A stretch of 64,000 bases of DNA from Pelagibacteraceae bacterium AG-447-E22 (lineage in GTDB: Bacteria; Pseudomonadota; Alphaproteobacteria; Pelagibacterales; Pelagibacteraceae), in assembly GCA_003212295.1 (NCBI GenBank), contig QCQC01000003.1, positions 405-64,404 on the forward strand. The letters are read 5' to 3'. Both the position numbers and the translations under genes were made by a program. The notes beneath the pieces are model-generated. The model was not told where the DNA came from and did no database searches. It saw only the letters and a list, made by a program, of their open reading frames with translations. Shown here one piece after another: positions 29,298 to 38,252 of the stretch; positions within the stretch are counted from its first letter, which is position 1; the number at the start of each line of letters is the position of its first letter.

Positions 29298-30412
29298 TTA
29301 AAGTTCTTATTTAAGTTAATCGCATATCTATCGGTCATTCCTGATATAAAATCTGAAATAGCTCTATATTTATTTTTAGCAAGTTGGTCTTTTGATATAT
29401 ATTTTTTAGGATTCATTTTAATTCTCTCAAATAATCTTTTAACCGTTGACTTGCCTTTGTTATTTTTTGCCAATACATTCTTGTTGTTATACATTTTTGT
29501 TTTTAGAAAATACCTAATTTCATTTTCTGAGTTTTTGACTTTTTCAGAAAAATCTACCATTAAAAAACTTGTTTTATTTATATCTTTTAAACTATTAACT
29601 TTGTTAAATTTTAAATTATCTTTAGTATTTCTTATTAAGTCTTTTATCATAAAATCAATCGAGTCTCGTATAATCTGATATGTAGCAATTTTGTAATTTC
29701 GTTTATTAATTTTATTCTTATATTTTTTGTAAATATCTTTAAAAAAATTAATTTCAACTAACTCTTCTAATTTAAATAAATTTGCATTTATACCATCCTG
29801 AATATCATGATTATTATAAGCTATATCATCAGAAATTGCAGAAATTTGAGCTTCTAATGACGGATAAGTATTAAAATTGATCATATTTTTAAATCTTTTG
29901 ATACCAATTAAATTGTCAACTAAATCTAAATCATCTACAGGACCATTATGTTTTAATAGTCCTTCAAGTGTTTCAATTGAAAGATTGAGCCCACTATATT
30001 TTAAATATTTATTTTCTAAAAACATAACGACTCTCAATGTTTGTAAATTATGATCAAAACCACCATGTTCTTCCATACATTCATTAAGAGCATCTTCCCC
30101 AGCATGCCCAAAAGGTGTGTGACCTAAATCATGAGCTAAGCTTAATGTTTCAGCCAAATCTTCGTTCAAATTAAGATAACGAGCTATTGATCTTGCTATT
30201 TGAGCAACCTCCATAGAATGGGTTATTCTCGTTCTATAATGATCACCCTCAGTATTAACAAATACCTGTGTTTTATGTTTTAATCTTCTAAACGAAGCAC
30301 TATGAATTATACGATCTCTATCTCTTTGAAATGGAGTTCTATATTTTGATAAAGATTCCTTAAATATTCTTCCTTTGCTTTTAAATAGACCTATCTTTGA
30401 GTATTTTTTCAT
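29294..30412 (-). CDS. dgt: dGTP triphosphohydrolase
   Basis: FQRDRDRI, FRRLKHKTQV, HDLGHTPFGHAGE, SGMTDRYA. Confidence 0.95.
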   Translation of the reverse strand: MKKYSKIGLFKSKGRIFKESLSKYRTPFQRDRDRIIHSASFRRLKHKTQVFVNTEGDHYRTRITHSMEVAQIARSIARYLNLNEDLAETLSLAHDLGHTPFGHAGEDALNECMEEHGGFDHNLQTLRVVMFLENKYLKYSGLNLSIETLEGLLKHNGPVDDLDLVDNLIGIKRFKNMINFNTYPSLEAQISAISDDIAYNNHDIQDGINANLFKLEELVEINFFKDIYKKYKNKINKRNYKIATYQIIRDSIDFMIKDLIRNTKDNLKFNKVNSLKDINKTSFLMVDFSEKVKNSENEIRYFLKTKMYNNKNVLAKNNKGKSTVKRLFERIKMNPKKYISKDQLAKNKYRAISDFISGMTDRYAINLNKNFK

Positions 30413-30462
30413 CCTTTAAAATAAATATTTAAGTATTATATTAGTAATACCAGTGATCAATT

Positions 30463-30780
30463 ATGATTAAAGAAATTAAATTTACTGATAAAGCACTAAA
30501 ACAGATCAATGTTTTATTGTCAAAAAAAGATAAAGGGTCTTTTTTTAGAATCGCTATCAAAGGTGGAGGTTGTTCAGGCTTTCAATATGAATTTACTTTC
30601 GATAAGGAAAAGGCAGCAGATGATTTGAATTATGAAAATATACTAATCGACAAAACATCTGCAGATCTCTTAAAAGGATCAGAAGTTGATTATGTATCTG
30701 AATTAATTGGTGAACAATTCAAAATCACAAATCCACAAACAAAATCTTCTTGTGGCTGTGGTGTTTCTTTCTCTCTTTAA
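30463..30780 (+). CDS. erpA: A-type Fe-S carrier (ErpA/IscA, HesB family)
   Basis: GGGCSGFQY and CGCGVSF. Confidence 0.88.
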   Translation: MIKEIKFTDKALKQINVLLSKKDKGSFFRIAIKGGGCSGFQYEFTFDKEKAADDLNYENILIDKTSADLLKGSEVDYVSELIGEQFKITNPQTKSSCGCGVSFSL

Positions 30781-31556
30781 TGATTATCTCCTCGTGGAAT
30801 GTAAATTCTGTTCGAGCTCGTATTGAAAATATTAAAAGTTATCTTTTAAAATATAAACCAGATATTGTAATGATGCAGGAAATTAAAACTGAGGATATAA
30901 ACTTTCCTTATGATGATTTTTCAGCAATGGATTACGAAAGTCATGTATTTGGTCAAAAAAGCTATAATGGTGTTGCTATTATCTCTAAAGGTAAATTAAA
31001 TAATATAAGAACAGACCTAATCAAAGATAAGCTAAAACAATCTAGAATCATTTCTGCAGAGGTTGGATACAATAAAAAGACAGTTCAATTAATCAATATT
31101 TATACACCAAATGGTAATCCTGTAGATACGGAAAAATACGATTACAAAAAAAAATGGATGGATCAATTGATCAAACAATTAAAAACATTATCTAAAAAAA
31201 ATTCAAATATAATTCTTGCAGGTGATTTTAATGTAATTCCGGCAGCAGAGGATGTTTATAATCCAAAAAGCTTTGAGGATGATGCTTTATTTAGATTAGA
31301 AATAAGAAAAAAATTTAGAGAGATGATTAACCTAGGTTTTAATGATGTTTATAGACATTTTAACGATACCAAAGAAGGATATACTTTTTGGGATTATATG
31401 AGAGGAGCTTGGCAAAAAAACAATGGTATGAGAATAGATCATTTCTTAGTTTCTAATTCTTTAATTGATCAAGTAAAAAGTATTAATATTAATAAAGATC
31501 CAAGAGGTCGTGAAAAACCTTCAGACCACACTCCTATTGAGATAACTTTAGCTTAA
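30780..31556 (+). CDS. xth: Exodeoxyribonuclease III
   Basis: SWNVNS, QEIK, YNGVA, GDFN, RIDH, SDH; likely start is ATG 30780 (TAATG overlap) rather than 30750. Confidence 0.95.
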   Translation: MIISSWNVNSVRARIENIKSYLLKYKPDIVMMQEIKTEDINFPYDDFSAMDYESHVFGQKSYNGVAIISKGKLNNIRTDLIKDKLKQSRIISAEVGYNKKTVQLINIYTPNGNPVDTEKYDYKKKWMDQLIKQLKTLSKKNSNIILAGDFNVIPAAEDVYNPKSFEDDALFRLEIRKKFREMINLGFNDVYRHFNDTKEGYTFWDYMRGAWQKNNGMRIDHFLVSNSLIDQVKSININKDPRGREKPSDHTPIEITLA

Positions 31557-32546
31557 AGATTTTATTTTATTTACTAGCTCTTCGTTTATATTTCGAGGAC
31601 TTTTGTCTAATCTATTTTTATGTCTTCTCTCACCTGGAAGTCTAACTCCATCAAAAGATTTCATCTTATCAAAAAATTCATCAGCATGTTTTTGCCAATT
31701 AGTTCCTGAAGTTTTATCTGGTGAAATCGCAATAATAAATTCTCCTCCACTTGGTGGTCCACCATCATTATTATCTTTGGCTGCTGTCTCAAAACTAAAA
31801 TTGTCACCAACTAATGCACCAGCCATTAACTCAACCATCATAGCTATTGCTGAACCTTTATAGCCCCCAAAAGGAAGTAAGACACCACCGTCTGCTATTG
31901 CACCTGGATCAGTTGTCTCTTTACCATCTTTAGTTAAACCAGTTCCAAGTGGAACTTTATGCCCTTCTCTTTTAGCGACTTGCACTTCACCCATTGCCAT
32001 TGAGGCAGTTGCCATATCATAAACCACTGGAGTTTTTCCAGGTCTTGGCCATGCAAATGAAATTGGATTTGTTCCAAACAGTGGTTTGATTGCTCCGGCA
32101 GGTGCTACTGCAGGCTTGTATGATGTACAAGCAAAAGCAACTAAACCTTCTTCTGCTAATTTTTCTGTTTCAGGCCACATCGCTGCCATGTGATGTGAGT
32201 TATTTATTGCAAGAACTGCTACACCATTTTCTTTTGCAGCCTTTACTAGTTCAGGCAAACCTTTATTTAAAACAACAGGTGCCAAACAATTATTACCTTG
32301 AACTTTAATTACTGATGCTGAAATTTTTTTTACTTCTGGCTTTCCTTTGCCATTAATTTTACCACTTTTTAAACCACTTACATAAGCTGGTAACCTAAAT
32401 AAACCGTGAGATAAAGACCCATCACGTTCAGCATTTCTGATTAAATCTGATAGAATAGAAGCTGTTTCATCATCACATCCATTAGCTAATAATGTCTTTT
32501 TAGCTAAATCAAAAATCTCATCTAATGTAAGGGAAACTGTACTCAT
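31548..32546 (-). CDS. Ldh_2 family NAD(P)H oxidoreductase (DpkA/ComC-like)
   Basis: DGSLSHG, NNSHHMAAMW, GTNPI, FGGYKG, RLPG. Confidence 0.85.
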   Translation of the reverse strand: MSTVSLTLDEIFDLAKKTLLANGCDDETASILSDLIRNAERDGSLSHGLFRLPAYVSGLKSGKINGKGKPEVKKISASVIKVQGNNCLAPVVLNKGLPELVKAAKENGVAVLAINNSHHMAAMWPETEKLAEEGLVAFACTSYKPAVAPAGAIKPLFGTNPISFAWPRPGKTPVVYDMATASMAMGEVQVAKREGHKVPLGTGLTKDGKETTDPGAIADGGVLLPFGGYKGSAIAMMVELMAGALVGDNFSFETAAKDNNDGGPPSGGEFIIAISPDKTSGTNWQKHADEFFDKMKSFDGVRLPGERRHKNRLDKSPRNINEELVNKIKSLS

Positions 32547-32589
32547 CCCATCATTAGATATTATTTATGACTAAAGATCAATTTTTTAT

Positions 32590-33600
32590 TTAACAACCTT
32601 TAAAAGATTTTGACATGTTGCCAATTAAATCAAAATAAAGATCTTTACCTGGATTAAGAGTTGCTCCTAATGGATCTATAACCCCTGTTGCAACATTGGT
32701 ATCTTTTGCTACAGCCTTAATAATATCAGGATTAAACTGTGGCTCTGAAAATATACAGCTTACTTTATCATGTTCAATTATTTCTCTTATTTCAGCTAAC
32801 TGTTCTGCACCAGGCATTACATCAGTATTTACAGTAAATGCGCCAAGAATATTAATGCCAAATCTCTTTTCAAAATATTGATATGCATCATGAAAAACTA
32901 TTGATTTGAAATCTTTGTTTAATTCAGATTTTACTTTCTTAGTAAGTTTATCTAAATCTTTATGTGCTTTTTTTAAATTTGCTTTATATTTAGCTTCATT
33001 TTCTTGATCATTTTCAATCAAGTGTTCTGCCATTTCACTTAAAATCACTTTTGCATTCATTGGATCCAACCAGATATGTGGATCATATTCACCGTGTGCG
33101 TGTCCTTCATGACCATGCTCATCATGACCATCTTCTTTATGTTCGTCGTCATGTCCGTGGTCATCGTGGTCATCTTCTTTTTTAGCATGATCATCATGAT
33201 CATCTTCTTTATGACCATGATCATGTTTTTCAAAAATATTTCTTTCTCTAAATTTAAGTTTAGTTAGACCTTTAATTTCCATTAATTCAATTTTCTCTGC
33301 TTTTTTTGCTATAGATTTTAGTGGCTTTTCTAAAAAACTTTCTAAGTCTTCACCAACCCAAAATATGATATCAGCATTTTGAATCATTTTTGCATGTGAT
33401 GGTTTTAATGCAAAACCATGAGGAGAAGCATAGCCATCTACTATTAAATCTGGTTTTGCTATTCCATCCATTAAATAACTTGCTAATGAATGAATAGGTT
33501 TAATTGAAGTAACTACTTTAATTTCAGCATTTGCTGGTACAAAAATAGTTAAGAATGATAGTATTGATAAGATAAATGGTAATTTTTTAATGTTTTTCAT
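32590..33600 (-). CDS. znuA: Zinc ABC transporter substrate-binding protein
   Basis: VVTSIKPI, ASPH, His/Asp-rich loop, DPHIWLDP, FHDAYQYFE; likely start is ATG 33600. Confidence 0.95.
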   Translation of the reverse strand: MKNIKKLPFILSILSFLTIFVPANAEIKVVTSIKPIHSLASYLMDGIAKPDLIVDGYASPHGFALKPSHAKMIQNADIIFWVGEDLESFLEKPLKSIAKKAEKIELMEIKGLTKLKFRERNIFEKHDHGHKEDDHDDHAKKEDDHDDHGHDDEHKEDGHDEHGHEGHAHGEYDPHIWLDPMNAKVILSEMAEHLIENDQENEAKYKANLKKAHKDLDKLTKKVKSELNKDFKSIVFHDAYQYFEKRFGINILGAFTVNTDVMPGAEQLAEIREIIEHDKVSCIFSEPQFNPDIIKAVAKDTNVATGVIDPLGATLNPGKDLYFDLIGNMSKSFKGC

Positions 33601-33617
33601 ATGTTGTATATTTAAAT

Positions 33618-33650
33618 TGTTATAATATAACACTATGTAATAATATAACA
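33618..33650. promoter_or_regulatory. Two tandem Zur boxes in the znuA/znuC divergent promoter
   Basis: TGTTATAATATAACA (33618-33632, perfect 7-1-7 palindrome) and TGTAATAATATAACA (33636-33650) match the Zur consensus TGTTATA-N-TATAACA. Confidence 0.85.
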
Positions 33651-33670
33651 TTTATTAGTCAAGGAATAAA

Positions 33671-34417
33671 ATGAGCTCAGACCAAAATATACTTGTGAAA
33701 TTAAATAAGGCTGGTTTTAGTTTAAATAATAAGTGGCTTGTTAGAGGAGTATCACTTCAAGTTGAAAAAGGTAAAATAGTTACTCTTATTGGTCCAAATG
33801 GATCAGGAAAAAGTACAACAGCTAAAATTGCTTTAGGTATTTACAAAAAGATTGATGGTTCAGTTGAAAAATACACAAACAAAGTTGGATATGTTCCACA
33901 GAAAATTTCAATCGATTGGACACTGCCGCTAAGAGTAAATGATTTCATGGTATTAACTGAGAGTCTTGATAAAGAAACAATAGATGAAGCTCTATCTTTA
34001 ACTGGTGTCATCCATCTTAAAGATAAAAATTTAGGTGATTTATCTGGTGGAGAATTTCAAAGAGTATTACTTGCAAGAGCTATCTCAAAAAAACCAGAAT
34101 TATTGGTACTAGATGAACCTGTACAAGGAGTAGATTTTACCGGAGAGATTGCACTATATGAATTAATTAAGAAAATTTCAGATGAATTAAACTGTGGTAT
34201 CTTGTTAATTTCTCACGACTTACACACGGTCATGAGTGCAACTGATCATGTGGTTTGTTTAAACGGCCATGTTTGTTGTTCAGGATCTCCAATGGATGTT
34301 GCAAAAAATAATGAATATAAAGCTTTATTTGGTGAACAAGCCTCTCAAATACTATCAAGATATGAGCATAGACACGATCATATCCATACAAGTGAAGGTG
34401 AAATAAAGAAAAACTAA
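33671..34417 (+). CDS. znuC: Zinc ABC transporter ATPase
   Basis: GPNGSGKST, GYVPQ, LSGGEFQR, CLNGHVCCSG, His-rich tail. Confidence 0.95.
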   Translation: MSSDQNILVKLNKAGFSLNNKWLVRGVSLQVEKGKIVTLIGPNGSGKSTTAKIALGIYKKIDGSVEKYTNKVGYVPQKISIDWTLPLRVNDFMVLTESLDKETIDEALSLTGVIHLKDKNLGDLSGGEFQRVLLARAISKKPELLVLDEPVQGVDFTGEIALYELIKKISDELNCGILLISHDLHTVMSATDHVVCLNGHVCCSGSPMDVAKNNEYKALFGEQASQILSRYEHRHDHIHTSEGEIKKN

Positions 34418-35221
34418 ATGTTAGATGATTTTTTTATAAGAGCTTTAATAGCAGGTATTGGAGTTGCCATAGTCACTGGACCTCTTGGATGTTTTGTTGT
34501 TTGGAGAAGATTGTCTTATTTTGGAGATACTCTAGCCCACTCTGCTTTACTTGGAGTAACATTAGCTTATTCAATGGAATTCAACATAGCCTTCTCAGTA
34601 TTTATCATCTCATCTTTAATAGCTTTAACTTTAATACAATTACAAAAGAGAACCAATCTACCAGGTGATGCTTTACTCGGTCTTTTAGCTCACTCATCGC
34701 TAGCTGTAGGACTTGTTGTTATAGGATTTTTATCATTTATTAGATTTGATATTATGGGGTTATTATTTGGAGATATATTGGCTGTTACTGTTGATGATCT
34801 TTTAATAATATGGATTGGAGGAGCATTAATCCTCTTAATTTTAAAATTAATTTGGAAACCTTTATTTGCATCAACTGTTAATTATGAACTAGCTGAAGCA
34901 GAAGGTTTAAATCCAGACCGTGCAAAAGCTATATTTACAATCTTAATGGCAGCAATTATTGCAATATCAATTAAGATGGTTGGCTTATTATTAATTACAG
35001 GAATGTTAATTATACCTGCTGCAATGGCTAGAAATATTTCATCAAGTCCTCAGAAGATGGTAATTTATTCAATCATTGGTGGATTATTATCTGTGATTTT
35101 AGGATTATTTTCTTCATTAGAATTTAACACTGCTTCTGGACCATCAATTATAGCAGCTTCTTTATTCTTATTTATTTTGTCTTTATTAAATATAAAACAA
35201 TCGATTAAATTGAAAAATTGA
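34418..35221 (+). CDS. znuB: Zinc ABC transporter permease
   Basis: GPLGCFVVWRRLSYFGDTLAH, LFGDIL, IIPAAMAR. Confidence 0.95.
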   Translation: MLDDFFIRALIAGIGVAIVTGPLGCFVVWRRLSYFGDTLAHSALLGVTLAYSMEFNIAFSVFIISSLIALTLIQLQKRTNLPGDALLGLLAHSSLAVGLVVIGFLSFIRFDIMGLLFGDILAVTVDDLLIIWIGGALILLILKLIWKPLFASTVNYELAEAEGLNPDRAKAIFTILMAAIIAISIKMVGLLLITGMLIIPAAMARNISSSPQKMVIYSIIGGLLSVILGLFSSLEFNTASGPSIIAASLFLFILSLLNIKQSIKLKN

Positions 35222-35236
35222 TGAGGAATCAGTAGA

Positions 35237-35629
35237 ATGAATAAAATGCATACTCTTTCAAAAAATCAGCAAATTATTTTTGATTTAATTGATAAATCAC
35301 CTGAACCAATGAAAGCTTATGCAATACTTTTTAATGTTCAAAAAAAAGGGATTAAAGCTCCATTACAAGTATATCGAGCATTAGATAAGTTGGTTGAAAT
35401 AGGAAAAATTCATAAAATTGAAAGCAGAAATGCCTTTATAGCCTGTCAAAATTCAAGCTGTCAGGTATCAAAAGCTACTGCATTTTCAATATGTGAGATC
35501 TGTGAAAAAGTAACAGAAATTAGCAGTGCAAGTCTTTCTAAATACTTAACTAATTTCAAAGACAAAGATGGTATGAAATATAGTAAATACAATCTTGAGT
35601 TTTTTGGATTATGTAAAAAGTGTAGATAA
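35237..35629 (+). CDS. zur: Zinc uptake regulator (Fur family)
   Basis: APLQVYRAL, HKIES, CEIC and CKKC; follows znuCB. Confidence 0.88.
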   Translation: MNKMHTLSKNQQIIFDLIDKSPEPMKAYAILFNVQKKGIKAPLQVYRALDKLVEIGKIHKIESRNAFIACQNSSCQVSKATAFSICEICEKVTEISSASLSKYLTNFKDKDGMKYSKYNLEFFGLCKKCR

Positions 35630-35673
35630 GTTATTATCTAAAATCAAAACAAAACAAGCTGAAAGGAAAACGA

Positions 35674-35895
35674 ATGTTTATCAAGAAGTACCTTAAATGG
35701 ATAAGTACATTTCTAGTCTTAGTTGGTATTCTATTAACAAACCTAAATATATATCCTTTAAATATTTATTTTCATGGATTAGGAGTTGTTGGATGGACTA
35801 TAGCTGGATTTATTAGCAAAGATAAAGCAATACTAACTAATTTTGGATTACAGATACCATTATTTATTATTGGTATTTATAAGGTTGTATTTTAA
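35674..35895 (+). CDS. Small hydrophobic membrane protein
   Basis: 73 aa, about 3 TM segments, YPLNI motif; purine-rich AAGGA upstream. Confidence 0.7.
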   Translation: MFIKKYLKWISTFLVLVGILLTNLNIYPLNIYFHGLGVVGWTIAGFISKDKAILTNFGLQIPLFIIGIYKVVF

Positions 35896-36058
35896 TTTTA
35901 AAGTAGACTTTGGTTTTAATTAGTTTACCTATTGACGAATCCACCTTCTGATTCTCATATCAATAAATTTATATATAGAATTATTTTCCATCTAGAATTA
36001 CATACTCCTTAAGTCATGAATCAATAGGAACCGAAAACAATAATATAAAGGAGATAAA

Positions 36059-37024
36059 ATGGATATGACTTTAATTTACACGGTTATAGGGTTTGCCCTT
36101 GCCGGTTATAGCGTAATCGCTAACGACTCAATTCAAACACTAGGTACTTTTATAGCTTCAAAAAAGAAGTGGTTTAAATGGTATGTACTTGCAGGATCTG
36201 CTTCGAGTGTAATGATCATAGCTTTAGCGTGGGGATGGTATTCGTATGATGGTGATATTTCTTACGGAAGACTAACTAGAATACCTTATCAAGAAATTCA
36301 ATGGTATCACGCAGTAGCACCTGCAATACTCTTGTTATTAACAAGAGTTGGTATACCTGTATCAACAACCTTTTTAGTTCTTTCAGCATTTGCTTCAACA
36401 GTTGTGCTTGAAAAGATGCTGTTAAAAAGTGTAGTTGGTTACGGTTTAGCAGCAATGGTCGCTTATATTGCTTGGATAGCTGTTTCAAAATTTATCAATG
36501 AAAAATTAGACGAAGTTGATGAAAAATATATTGCTTTTTGGCGTAACTCAGTTTGGGTAACATCTGGGTGGTTATGGTGGGTTTGGTTATCTCACGATGT
36601 AGCTAATATTGCTGTCTATCTTCCAAGAGAGTTAGATATTTCATTACTTTTAATTGTAATGGCATATTTTACAGCGTTGTTATTTTACATCTTTTACATT
36701 CAGGGTGGACGTATTCAAACTGTGGTTTTAGAGAAAACAGGAACGAGATATGCGAGATCAGCTACGATTATTAACGTAATTTATGCTGCTGTCCTATACT
36801 ATTTTAAAGAACTTAATGATTTGCCTATGTCCACAACATGGGTATTTGTTGGTTTATTATGTGGTAGAGAACTTGCAATTTCAACAATGAACAAAGATTA
36901 TAAGTTTAAATATGTCTTCCCATTAATTGGTAAAGACTTTCTTAAAATGATCTTTGGACTAAGTGTATCAGTTGGAATTGTTTTAGGAATTCATTACATT
37001 ATTATTCCAAATAATTGGTTTTAA
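36059..37024 (+). CDS. PiT/PHO4-like phosphate (or sulfate) permease
   Basis: Twin motifs IANDSIQTLG and SHDVANIA (PiT ND signature) plus twin PVSTT/PMSTT; strong AAGGAG SD. Confidence 0.7.
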   Translation: MDMTLIYTVIGFALAGYSVIANDSIQTLGTFIASKKKWFKWYVLAGSASSVMIIALAWGWYSYDGDISYGRLTRIPYQEIQWYHAVAPAILLLLTRVGIPVSTTFLVLSAFASTVVLEKMLLKSVVGYGLAAMVAYIAWIAVSKFINEKLDEVDEKYIAFWRNSVWVTSGWLWWVWLSHDVANIAVYLPRELDISLLLIVMAYFTALLFYIFYIQGGRIQTVVLEKTGTRYARSATIINVIYAAVLYYFKELNDLPMSTTWVFVGLLCGRELAISTMNKDYKFKYVFPLIGKDFLKMIFGLSVSVGIVLGIHYIIIPNNWF

Positions 37025-37034
37025 ACAAATCTAT

Positions 37035-37077
37035 ATAGTCGTGCATATTTAATTATGCATGGCTATTAAGTTTTTTT
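37035..37077 (+). terminator. Rho-independent terminator
   Basis: 13-bp stem ATAGTCGTGCATA / TATGCATGGCTAT with two G-U pairs on the + strand, 6-nt loop, T tract at 37071-37077; lies between convergent genes. Confidence 0.75.
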
Positions 37078-37414
37078 AAGAACTTACTTTTCCAAGATAA
37101 TTCACTAGTATCACACCAACAATGATTAAAATTATACCTATAGCGCCATAAATATTAGGTAATTGATTATATTTTAAAATACCAAAGATCGTCACTGCAG
37201 TAATTGTTAATCCACCATATGTTGCATAAGTAAAACCAACAGGAATTATATTCATTGCTTTAGATAAACAAAATAAACATAGAACGATTGAGACTACACA
37301 AAATATTGTTGGAAAAACATTTGTGAAACCATTGGTAGTTTTTAAAAAACCATTAGCAGAAATTCCAAGTATAATCGCTAAAAATAAATAGATGTAACCT
37401 GATGAGTAATTCAT
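37076..37414 (-). CDS. SMR/DMT family small transporter
   Basis: 112 aa, 4 TM; LKTTNGFT, IPVGFTYATYGG. Confidence 0.82.
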   Translation of the reverse strand: MNYSSGYIYLFLAIILGISANGFLKTTNGFTNVFPTIFCVVSIVLCLFCLSKAMNIIPVGFTYATYGGLTITAVTIFGILKYNQLPNIYGAIGIILIIVGVILVNYLGKVSS

Positions 37415-37423
37415 CAGGTTATA

Positions 37424-38251
37424 TTATTTTATTTTTGATCTAATAAAAGCAGAAAGATGGTCTATTATAAAGATTGTTACAAAGATAAGTATAATTATTG
37501 CTGATACTCTTTCATACTCAAACATCCTGAAAGATGATTGTAATTCATATCCTATTCCACCAGCTCCGACGATTCCTAACATTGTTGCCATTCTAACGTT
37601 TCTATCTAAGATATATAAATTGTTTGCAACAAAAGATGGTAAGATCTGAGGTATAACACCAAATGAAATTATTTGACTTTTAGTTGCACCAGACGATTTA
37701 AGAGCATCAATTGGGCCTTGATTGATATGTTCAATATCCTCAGCATAAAATTTTGCCAAGAAACCCATTGTATGTAAACCTAAAGCTAGAACGCCTGGCA
37801 TTGCACCAAAACCAATTGCTATAACTAAGATCATCGCCATAATAAATTCTGGTATAGCTCTAAAAAATATAACAATAGTTTTGCAAATTATATATACAAA
37901 ATAGTTTGGAGCTAAATTTCTAGCTGAAAATAATCCCAAAGGTATAGATAAAACAATTGCAAGAAAAGTTCCTAAAATTGCAATTTCAATAGTTTCTAAG
38001 ATTGCAAAAAATAATTGACTAAAATTACTGAAATCAGGTGGTAACATTCTTGATAAGATGTCACCAAAGTATTTTGAAGAGTCTGTTGCTAACTTAATGA
38101 AATCAATCTCAAGATCTTTAACAATAAATATCAAGATTAATAACGACAAAATGATAGAAATTAACGTTTTATATGACCATTGAGGTTTTAAGTATTTTTC
38201 AAGATTTTTATCTTTATTATCTACTTTAAGTTTTAAAATATTATCATTCAT
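37424..38251 (-). CDS. phnE: Phosphonate-type ABC transporter permease
   Basis: PPDF, ETIEIAILGT, FRAIPE, NVRMATMLGIVGAGGIG. Confidence 0.92.
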   Translation of the reverse strand: MNDNILKLKVDNKDKNLEKYLKPQWSYKTLISIILSLLILIFIVKDLEIDFIKLATDSSKYFGDILSRMLPPDFSNFSQLFFAILETIEIAILGTFLAIVLSIPLGLFSARNLAPNYFVYIICKTIVIFFRAIPEFIMAMILVIAIGFGAMPGVLALGLHTMGFLAKFYAEDIEHINQGPIDALKSSGATKSQIISFGVIPQILPSFVANNLYILDRNVRMATMLGIVGAGGIGYELQSSFRMFEYERVSAIIILIFVTIFIIDHLSAFIRSKIK

Positions 38252-38252
38252 A

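Noticed and set aside
33076-33267. Met/Ile-rich 63-aa ORF opposite znuA
   Set aside because: It is the antisense reading of the His/Asp (CAT/GAT) repeat loop.
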